A stretch of DNA of 64,000 bases from Candidatus Spongiisociaceae bacterium (GTDB lineage Bacteria; Actinomycetota; Acidimicrobiia; Spongiisociales; Spongiisociaceae): contig OZ253564.1 of NCBI GenBank assembly GCA_965262915.1, forward strand, positions 2,464,001-2,528,000. The letters run 5' to 3'. Below are positions 57,224-64,000 of this stretch, piece by piece. The translations under genes were made by a program, and so were the position numbers. Within the stretch, counting starts at the first letter, position 1; the number at the start of each line of letters is the position of its first letter. The notes below the pieces were generated by a model. It was not told the origin of the DNA, searched no databases, and worked only from the letters and a program-made list of their open reading frames with translations.

Positions 57224-58011
57224 CTCCCCCACCGATCCTGATCCTTCACGCGCCGGGAACCAACCGTGACACGGAGGCCGCGGTGGCTGTGGAGTTGGCG
57301 GGAGGCGACCCGCGCATCGTGTCCACGCACGACCTCCGGACGGGAGCAGCCTCGATGTCCGACTTCGGCGGCTTGGTGCTGCCGGGCGGGTTCTCGTACG
57401 GCGACGCGCTGGGAGCCGGAGTGCGCCTGGCCCTCGAGCTCCGCACCTGGTTGTACGGGGAACTCGCCGACGCGGTCCGGCTGGGGCGGCCCGTGCTCGG
57501 AATCTGCAACGGATTCCAGACGCTCCTCAAGTCCGGCCTGCTAGGGGGATCGGACGGACCGGGAGAGCGACGGCGGGTAACGCTCACCGACAATGCCGGC
57601 GGGCGCTTCGAATGCCGGTGGGTGACGTTGCGCGTCGAGCCGGGTAGCCGGTCAGGGTGGCTGGGCTCCTTGGCGGGTATGAGCATCCGCTGCCCGGTGG
57701 CCCATGGCGAAGGCCGGGTGGCGGTGAGCGATCCCGAGGTCGTCGGGATCCTCGAAGGTGAAGGAATGGTCGCCTTCCGCTACCTGTCGGAGGACGGCCG
57801 AGGAGGCGGGGACCGGTTGGCGGGCGGGCTGTACCCGGCCAACCCCAACGGGTCGGTGGGTGACATCGCCGGTCTCTGCGATGCCACCGGGGCGGTGGTC
57901 GGGCTCATGCCGCATCCCGAAGACCATGTGGTCGACTGGCAAAGACCCGGGGGACCACCCGGAGCGCGGGGTCTTCCCCTCTTCGAGGCGTTCGTCGACG
58001 CCGCCCGATGA
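57220..58011 (+). CDS. purQ: FGAM synthase glutaminase subunit
   Basis: PGTNRD, PGGFSYGD, GICNGFQ, AHGEG, NPNGS, GLMPHPE. Confidence 0.95.
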   Translation: MTPPPILILHAPGTNRDTEAAVAVELAGGDPRIVSTHDLRTGAASMSDFGGLVLPGGFSYGDALGAGVRLALELRTWLYGELADAVRLGRPVLGICNGFQTLLKSGLLGGSDGPGERRRVTLTDNAGGRFECRWVTLRVEPGSRSGWLGSLAGMSIRCPVAHGEGRVAVSDPEVVGILEGEGMVAFRYLSEDGRGGGDRLAGGLYPANPNGSVGDIAGLCDATGAVVGLMPHPEDHVVDWQRPGGPPGARGLPLFEAFVDAAR

Positions 58012-58024
58012 GCGGCCCGGCTAG

Positions 58025-58185
58025 TGGTCTGTCTGTGAAATGGCGGCGTGCCATGCGTAGGCAGCGGCGTTCCTCGCAAGGCTCGCCGACGAAGGCGTAC
58101 CCTCAGCGGTACGTTGAGGAGGCGGAACCCAGCGAGGGGCGTCGATGGCAAGCAGGGCACGGCAAGTTGTTTTGCAGACAGACCA
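58025..58185. mobile_element. MITE family B (161 bp) between purQ and purC
   Basis: CTAG-TGGTCTGTCTGTGAAAT ... TGCAGACAGACCA. Inverted homolog of 17549-17707. Confidence 0.8.
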
Positions 58186-58198
58186 CAAGGTTGAGTTC

Positions 58199-59173
58199 GT
58201 GATCACCGACCTGGGGCCGGCCCTGGCCCATCCCTTCACCGGGATCGAAGCCTCCGACGTGCACGACATCGGTCCCGTCGTGCGGGGCAAGGTCCGTGAC
58301 GTGGTCTATCTGGGTGACCGGCTGGCATTGATCGCCACCGATCGTCTGTCGGCGTTCGACCGGGTGTTGGGAACGGTGCCCTATCGGGGCCAGATCCTCA
58401 ACCAGCTGTCGGCCTGGTGGTTCGAGCGAATCGCCGATCTGGTTCCCACCCACATGGTGGAGGTGCCGGACCCCAACGTGATGATCGCCCGCAAGTGCCT
58501 GCCCCTGCCGGTGGAGGTCGTGGTGCGGAGCCGGCTGACCGGGACGACCGGCACATCGGCGTGGACCCTCTACGCGGCCGGCGCCCGCCATGTCTACGGC
58601 ATCCGGTTCCCCGACGGTATGGAGAAGAACGACCCGCTCCCCCGACCGATAATCACCCCGACCACGAAAGGGGCCATGGGCGCCCACGATCGTCCGATCA
58701 CCGAGCGGGACATCGTGGAGAGCGGCCTGGTTGAGGCCCGGTGCTGGGATGAGGTGCGGAGCATCGCTCTCGCCGTGTTCGAGCGGGGCCAGGAGACGGC
58801 CGCGGAGGCAGGGCTGGTGCTGGTCGACACCAAGTACGAGTTCGGTCTCGACCGGGAGGGCCGCGTGGTCATCATCGACGAGGTCCACACGCCCGACTCG
58901 TCACGGTTCTGGAGGGTGGCAACCGTCGAGGAGCGCCTCGCGGCCGGCAAAGAGCCAGAGAACCTCGACAAGGAACTCGTGCGTCTCGCCTATGCCGCTC
59001 AGGGTTTCACCGGCGACGGCGACCCGCCACCTCTCGGAACCGAACTGGCGGTCAGCGCCGCCCGGGCCTATCTGGAGGTGTTCGAGGCGCTCACCCGCCG
59101 CCCACTTGTTCCGGCCTCCTACCCGGCCGCCCCACGAGTCGTTACCGCGATTTGCCCGTACGGTCGTTCATAA
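58199..59173 (+). CDS. purC: SAICAR synthetase
   Basis: GKVRD, TDRLSAFD, PVEVVVR, TPTTK, VDTKYEFG, DEVHTPDSSRFW. Confidence 0.95.
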   Translation: MITDLGPALAHPFTGIEASDVHDIGPVVRGKVRDVVYLGDRLALIATDRLSAFDRVLGTVPYRGQILNQLSAWWFERIADLVPTHMVEVPDPNVMIARKCLPLPVEVVVRSRLTGTTGTSAWTLYAAGARHVYGIRFPDGMEKNDPLPRPIITPTTKGAMGAHDRPITERDIVESGLVEARCWDEVRSIALAVFERGQETAAEAGLVLVDTKYEFGLDREGRVVIIDEVHTPDSSRFWRVATVEERLAAGKEPENLDKELVRLAYAAQGFTGDGDPPPLGTELAVSAARAYLEVFEALTRRPLVPASYPAAPRVVTAICPYGRS

Positions 59174-59202
59174 TGGTGGCTCAGGATCCGCCGGGTGGCC
59201 GG

Positions 59203-59267
59203 TGGTCGGTCTGTGAAACGGCGTCGATGGCAAGCAGGGCACGGCAAGTTGTTTTGCAGACAGACCA
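59203..59267. mobile_element. MITE family B, internally deleted (65 bp), between purC and purE
   Basis: The right ~45 bp are identical to the end of 58025-58185. Confidence 0.8.
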
Positions 59268-59306
59268 CCTAACCGCCCGTAAGCGGAGGGCGGAGGAGAG
59301 AAGAGC

Positions 59307-59798
59307 GTGACCGGGCACCCGCTCGTCGGCGTCATCATGGGCAGCGAGTCCGACTGGCCCACGATGCGCCGCGCCGCAGAGGTACTCGAAGACTTCGGCG
59401 TTCCGTACGAGTGCAAGGTCGTGTCGGCGCACCGCACCCCCGACCTGATGGTGGAATACGCCGAGTCGGCATCCGGGCGAGGGCTCGAAGCCATCATCGC
59501 CGGGGCCGGTGGCGCCGCCCACCTGCCGGGGATGGTGGCCGGCCACACGATCATCCCGGTTATAGGTGTTCCGATCATGAGCCGCGCCCTGAGGGGTATG
59601 GATTCGCTCCTGTCGATCGTGCAGATGCCGGCCGGTGTACCGGTCGCCACCATGGCCATCGGCGAGGCGGGGGCCACCAACGCCGGTCTCTACGCGGTGG
59701 CGATGCTGGCCCGCCACGATCCGCAGCTGGCCGGTCGGCTCACCGCGTACCGGGAGGGGCGGGCCGCGGCCGTCCACGATATCGAGCTCGAGTTGTGA
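59307..59798 (+). CDS. purE: N5-CAIR mutase
   Basis: [37 protein letters not shown]. Confidence 0.97.
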   Translation: MTGHPLVGVIMGSESDWPTMRRAAEVLEDFGVPYECKVVSAHRTPDLMVEYAESASGRGLEAIIAGAGGAAHLPGMVAGHTIIPVIGVPIMSRALRGMDSLLSIVQMPAGVPVATMAIGEAGATNAGLYAVAMLARHDPQLAGRLTAYREGRAAAVHDIELEL

Positions 59799-60961
59799 TG
59801 GACCGTGCCATAGCTCCCGGAGGCACCATCGGCATCGTGGGTGGTGGACAGCTGGGAAGGATGCTGTCCTTCGAGGCGCACCGGCTCGGGTACCGGGTGG
59901 CCGTGCTGACCGGAGGGGCCAAGGACACCCCGGGCGGGCGGGTTGCGGACCTCGAGGTCGCGGCGGCCTACGACGACGACCTGGCCGTGCAGCGGTTCGT
60001 CGATCTCTCCGATGTCATCACATGGGAGTTCGAGAATGTCGAAGTACCTCTGCTGGCGGAGCTGGCCGCCCGTCCGGGCGTACCGCTCCGGCCGGCCGGT
60101 TCGGTCATCGAGGCTGCTCAGGACCGGGCTCGGGAGCGCCGCGCCCTGATAGCCGCCGGGGCGCCGGTGGCGGCCTATCGCGAAGTCGCGACCGCAGCCG
60201 GGCTGGTCCGCGCCGTAGCGGACCTCGGCCTACCGGTCATCGCCAAGCGCGCCCGCTTCGGATACGACGGCCGCGGCCAGGTCCGGCTCACGACCGGCGA
60301 GGAGCCTGAGGCGGGCGGGGTTTTCCATGCGCTGGGTGGTGAACGCCTGATAGTCGAGGAGGTGGTTCCCTTCGATGCGGAGATCTCGGTCGTCGTGGCC
60401 CGGGGTATCGACGGCGTGGTGGCCCATCACGGCGTAATGGAAAACGTCCACGTCAACCGGATCCTCGACACGACCGTCACACCGCCCGTGTCGGTCTCCC
60501 CCGGCGTGGCCGGAGCGGCCGTGGAACTCGCAACCACGATCGCCCGGCACCTTGACCTGGTCGGGGTGCTGTGCGTCGAGATGTTCGCAGCGGCCGGAGG
60601 CCTGGTGGTGAACGAGATCGCCCCTCGTCCCCACAACAGCGGCCACTGCACCATCGAGGCGGCCTCGACCAGCCAGTTCGGCCAGCAACTGCGCGCCATA
60701 TGCGGCCTGCCCCTCGGTGACGGCTCCTGCCGTCCGGCAGCCATGGTGCAGCTTCTCGGGGACCTGTGGGACGATCCCTCCGGCAACCCACCTGCATGGT
60801 CGGAGGCCATAGCCGACCCTGCCGTGCACCTCCATCTCTACGGCAAAGAGGAGGTGCGTCCCGGTCGTAAGATGGGCCACATCACATGCACCGACACCAC
60901 AGCCGAGCGGGCCTTGCAGCGCGCTCTGGCGGCTCGTCGCAGGCTCCGGCGGCGGTCATGA
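59798..60961 (+). CDS. purK: N5-CAIR synthetase
   Basis: GIVGGGQLGRM, EFENV, GYDGRGQ, NEIAPRPHNSGH, RKMGH. Confidence 0.96.
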   Translation: MDRAIAPGGTIGIVGGGQLGRMLSFEAHRLGYRVAVLTGGAKDTPGGRVADLEVAAAYDDDLAVQRFVDLSDVITWEFENVEVPLLAELAARPGVPLRPAGSVIEAAQDRARERRALIAAGAPVAAYREVATAAGLVRAVADLGLPVIAKRARFGYDGRGQVRLTTGEEPEAGGVFHALGGERLIVEEVVPFDAEISVVVARGIDGVVAHHGVMENVHVNRILDTTVTPPVSVSPGVAGAAVELATTIARHLDLVGVLCVEMFAAAGGLVVNEIAPRPHNSGHCTIEAASTSQFGQQLRAICGLPLGDGSCRPAAMVQLLGDLWDDPSGNPPAWSEAIADPAVHLHLYGKEEVRPGRKMGHITCTDTTAERALQRALAARRRLRRRS

Positions 60962-62388
60962 TTCCCGGGTTGGACTGTGACAGCCCCCGTGAGGAGTGCG
61001 GGGTGGTCGGCGTGTACGCAACCGGCCGGGAGGCGGCCCGGATAACGTTCTTCGGCCTCTTCGCCCTGCAGCATCGGGGTCAGGAAGCCGCCGGGATCGT
61101 CAGCTACGACAGCGTCTTCGCCCATGTGCACAAGGGCGAAGGGCTGGTCGGCTCGGTCTTCAACGAAGACATCCTCTCGTCCCTGAAAGGCCCCGCCGCC
61201 ATCGGCCACACCCGCTACAGCACCACTGGCGGATCCACCCTCCGCAATGCCCAACCGCAGGTGATCGAGACCATCGACGGCCCGCTGGCAGTGGCGCACA
61301 ACGGCAACCTCGTGAACGCGCCCCAGCTTCGCCGGGAGCTTCTCGAGCGGGGCGTCGGCCTGCAGACCTCTTCCGACACCGAGCTGATGGTGCACATCCT
61401 CACTGGGGCGGGCGGTAGCTGGCTGGACCGGATCCGGGCGCTCATGAGGCAGGCCGAGGGAGCCTACTCGCTCACGATCCTCACTCGCGAGGCCGTCTAC
61501 GGAGTCCGCGACCCGTGGGGATTCCGTCCCCTCGCCATCGGGGAGATCGACGGTGGCTACGTACTGGCATCGGAAACCTGCGCCTTCTCGACCACCGGCG
61601 CCAAATTCGTGCGCGAGCTGCAGCCGGGGGAGATCGTCCGGATCGACGCTCTCGGGCTCCATATCGAACAGGGCGCGCCGCCGCTGCCCCGAGCCTTCTG
61701 CACCTTCGAACACATCTACTTCTCCCGGCCCGACACCGTCCACGACGGCAACCTCGTGCACAGCGTCCGCCAGCGCCTCGGCCGCGAGCTGGCCCGGGAA
61801 GCCCCGGTCGAAGCCGACCTGGTCCTGTCCGTACCCGACTCGGGAACGCCCCACGCGGTCGGATTCGCCCAGGAGGCGGGCCTGCCCTACACCGAGGGGC
61901 TGATCAAGAACCGCTACGTGGGCCGGACCTTCATCGAACCGACCCAGGAGCTCCGCGACGCCGGCGTGGCCATGAAGTTCAATCCCCTCAGGGACAACCT
62001 CGCAGGCCGGCGGATCGTCATGGTCGACGATTCGATCGTGAGGGGGACGACCGCCGGGCAGCTGGTGCGCATGTTGCGTGATGCCGGGGCCTCGGAAGTG
62101 CACGTGCGGGTGGCGTGTCCCGCCATCACCAATCCCTGCTACATGGGGATCGATATGGCCGGCCCGGAGGATCTGATCGCCTCCCGCATGTCGGTTCCCG
62201 AGATCTGCGAGGAGATCGGCGCCGACTCCCTCGCCTTCCTCTCGCTTGAGGGTCTGATGAGTGCGCTCGATGCCGACGACGGCTACTGCAACGCCTGCTT
62301 CACCGGCAAGTACCCGTTCGAGCCCGAGCGCTTCGTCCAGCTGCAACTCGGCCTGAAGGACCGCTTCGCCTCGGTGTGGGGAGAATGA
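60958..62388 (+). CDS. purF: Amidophosphoribosyltransferase
   Basis: Propeptide-EECG, LQHRGQ, GHTRYST, HNGN, VDDSIVRGTT, Fe-S cysteines (CTFE, CYMG, CNAC). Confidence 0.97.
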   Translation: MIPGLDCDSPREECGVVGVYATGREAARITFFGLFALQHRGQEAAGIVSYDSVFAHVHKGEGLVGSVFNEDILSSLKGPAAIGHTRYSTTGGSTLRNAQPQVIETIDGPLAVAHNGNLVNAPQLRRELLERGVGLQTSSDTELMVHILTGAGGSWLDRIRALMRQAEGAYSLTILTREAVYGVRDPWGFRPLAIGEIDGGYVLASETCAFSTTGAKFVRELQPGEIVRIDALGLHIEQGAPPLPRAFCTFEHIYFSRPDTVHDGNLVHSVRQRLGRELAREAPVEADLVLSVPDSGTPHAVGFAQEAGLPYTEGLIKNRYVGRTFIEPTQELRDAGVAMKFNPLRDNLAGRRIVMVDDSIVRGTTAGQLVRMLRDAGASEVHVRVACPAITNPCYMGIDMAGPEDLIASRMSVPEICEEIGADSLAFLSLEGLMSALDADDGYCNACFTGKYPFEPERFVQLQLGLKDRFASVWGE

Positions 62389-62392
62389 GCAC

Positions 62393-63709
62393 GTGACCAC
62401 GGTGCTCGTGGTAGGTGGAGGAGGCCGTGAGCATGCGCTCTGCTGGTCCCTCGGCAAGTCCGCCCGCGTGGACCGGATCCTGGTGGCGCCCGGCAACGCC
62501 GGCACTGCCCTGGCGGAGCGTTGCGAGAACATCGCCGTCGGCGCCGGTGACCTAGCCGGGTTGGTGGCCGCGGCCCGGCGCGAGTCGGTCGACCTGGTGG
62601 CGGTGGGTCCCGAAGCCCCGCTGGCTGCGGGACTGGCCGATGCGCTGGATGCGGACGGTATCCCCACCTTCGGACCCAGCGCCGCTTGCGCCCGCCTCGA
62701 GGCCTCGAAGGCCTACTGCAAGACGTTCCTCGACGCGCTCTCGATACCGACCGGCGCGTCGGCCACGTTCCGCGAGCCGGAGCCCGCCCTGGCGTATCTC
62801 GAGCGGCTCCCGTCCGTCCCCGTCATCAAGGCCAGCGGGCTGGCGGGCGGCAAGGGAGTGGTGGTCGCCGAGACACATGGAGAGGCGGCTGCGGCCATCC
62901 GCGCCATGCTGGTCGACGGACGGTTCGGGGAAGCAGGTCGTGAGCTCGTGGTCGAGGAGCGGCTGTGGGGCACCGAGGTATCGGTGCTTGCCTTCAGCGA
63001 CGGGAGCGGCTTCGCTGTGATGCCGGCGGCCCAGGACCACAAGCGGCTCCTCGACGGGGACCGCGGACCGAACACCGGAGGGATGGGCGCCTTCGTCCCG
63101 TCGCCGGTTGCCACCGGCGCGCTCGTCGACGAAGTGGCCGACCGCATCATCCGCCCGACCCTCGACGCACTCGGCGAGGCCGGTACACCGTATCGGGGAG
63201 TGATCTACTTCGGGCTGATGCTCACCGACGCCGGACCCAAGGTGCTGGAGATCAACTGCCGCCTGGGAGACCCGGAAACCCAGGCGGTCCTGCCGCTCCT
63301 GGAGAGCGATCTCTACGAGGTGATGGTCGCATGCGCCACCGGTTCGCTCGACGGCGTCGCCGTCGACTGGTCGCGGTCCGCTTCCACCACCCTGGTGATG
63401 GCGTCCGCCGGTTACCCGACCACCTCGGCGCTGCCCGTACCGATCACGGGCCTCGACGAGGCCATGCATGAAGGATGCCTGGTGTTCCATGCCGGGACCG
63501 ACCGTATCGACGGCGTGACCCTTGCCACCGGCGGGAGGGTGCTGGGCGTCACCGCTCTGGGGAGCACCCTGGGGGAGGCGACCGAGCGTGCCTACGCGGG
63601 GGTGGAAGTCATCTCCTTCCCGGGTGCGCACTACCGTCGGGATATCGGCCGCCGCCTCGCACCCGAACCGGCCCCATCGCCGCCGTTCCGGGAAGTGGGC
63701 GTCGGATGA
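62393..63709 (+). CDS. purD: Phosphoribosylamine-glycine ligase
   Basis: GGGGREHAL, PGNAG, GLAGGKGV, QDHKR..DGD.GPNTGGMG, GDPETQ. Confidence 0.97.
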   Translation: MTTVLVVGGGGREHALCWSLGKSARVDRILVAPGNAGTALAERCENIAVGAGDLAGLVAAARRESVDLVAVGPEAPLAAGLADALDADGIPTFGPSAACARLEASKAYCKTFLDALSIPTGASATFREPEPALAYLERLPSVPVIKASGLAGGKGVVVAETHGEAAAAIRAMLVDGRFGEAGRELVVEERLWGTEVSVLAFSDGSGFAVMPAAQDHKRLLDGDRGPNTGGMGAFVPSPVATGALVDEVADRIIRPTLDALGEAGTPYRGVIYFGLMLTDAGPKVLEINCRLGDPETQAVLPLLESDLYEVMVACATGSLDGVAVDWSRSASTTLVMASAGYPTTSALPVPITGLDEAMHEGCLVFHAGTDRIDGVTLATGGRVLGVTALGSTLGEATERAYAGVEVISFPGAHYRRDIGRRLAPEPAPSPPFREVGVG

Positions 63710-64000
63710 TCACCTACCGTGACTCGGGAGTCGACATAGATGCCGGTAACCGGACCGTGGCCCTCCTGGCCTCACCGGTGGCCTCCACCGCCACCGATCA
63801 GGTACTGGCGGGCGGGGGAGGATTCGGCGGCCTGTACGCGGCGGACCGGCTCGGACCCGGGAAGGTGCTGGTGGCATCTACCGACGGTGTCGGCACGAAG
63901 GTCGAGCTGGCAGGCCGCTACAACCGCTGGCACGGGGTGGGGATCGATGTGGTCAACCATTGCATCAACGACATCCTGGTGGTGGGCGCCGAGCCGATGT
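63706..64000 (+). CDS. purM: AIR synthetase, partial (runs off the window)
   Basis: MITYRDSGVDIDAGN...GGFGG...STDGVGTK...NHCINDI. Confidence 0.93.
   Translation, partial: MITYRDSGVDIDAGNRTVALLASPVASTATDQVLAGGGGFGGLYAADRLGPGKVLVASTDGVGTKVELAGRYNRWHGVGIDVVNHCINDILVVGAEPM

Noticed and set aside
1-64000. CRISPR array, cas genes, tRNA or rRNA
   Set aside because: No regularly spaced identical repeats with unique spacers, no cas-like ORFs, and no cloverleaf or rRNA signature seen by eye.

Overview
High-GC bacterial window, inferred to be Actinomycetota (probably Acidimicrobiia-like, possibly host-associated) from its DUF222-HNH gene, SLH fragment, 'AACGG' lipoprotein, LLM/MmgE/hydantoinase expansion and apparently leaderless genes. 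Three zones: (1) ~1-16 kb is a decaying mobile/defence island (IS630, many toxin-antitoxin modules, HEPN-MNT, an AAA-ATPase/S8 remnant, an AlbA_2 protein, three MerR copies, a DUF4143 ATPase); (2) ~16-52 kb is a catabolic patchwork (MmgE/PrpD x2, hydantoinase A/B, phosphotriesterase, OYE, CocE, LLM, peptide ABC transporter, amidase, MtaA plus corrinoid protein, PhyH, enolase-family, sulfatase); (3) an IS1182 with stacked MITEs, then the purine operon purL-Q-C-E-K-F-D-M. The most notable unannotated signal is a six-copy non-coding cassette: a conserved promoter (TTGAnn, TGTCAC-N10, -10 box, the geometry of actinobacterial PafBC DNA-damage promoters) ahead of a ~170-nt structured RNA with compensatory base changes and a hairpin loop that always holds a self-complementary hexamer (GACGTC or GGTACC). 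Two copies lie inside complete ~385-bp elements with IS630-derived ends. Separately, both intact DUF4143 AAA-ATPase genes have ~23-bp-period degenerate repeats directly upstream. All calls were made by eye; no database search or folding computation was run.
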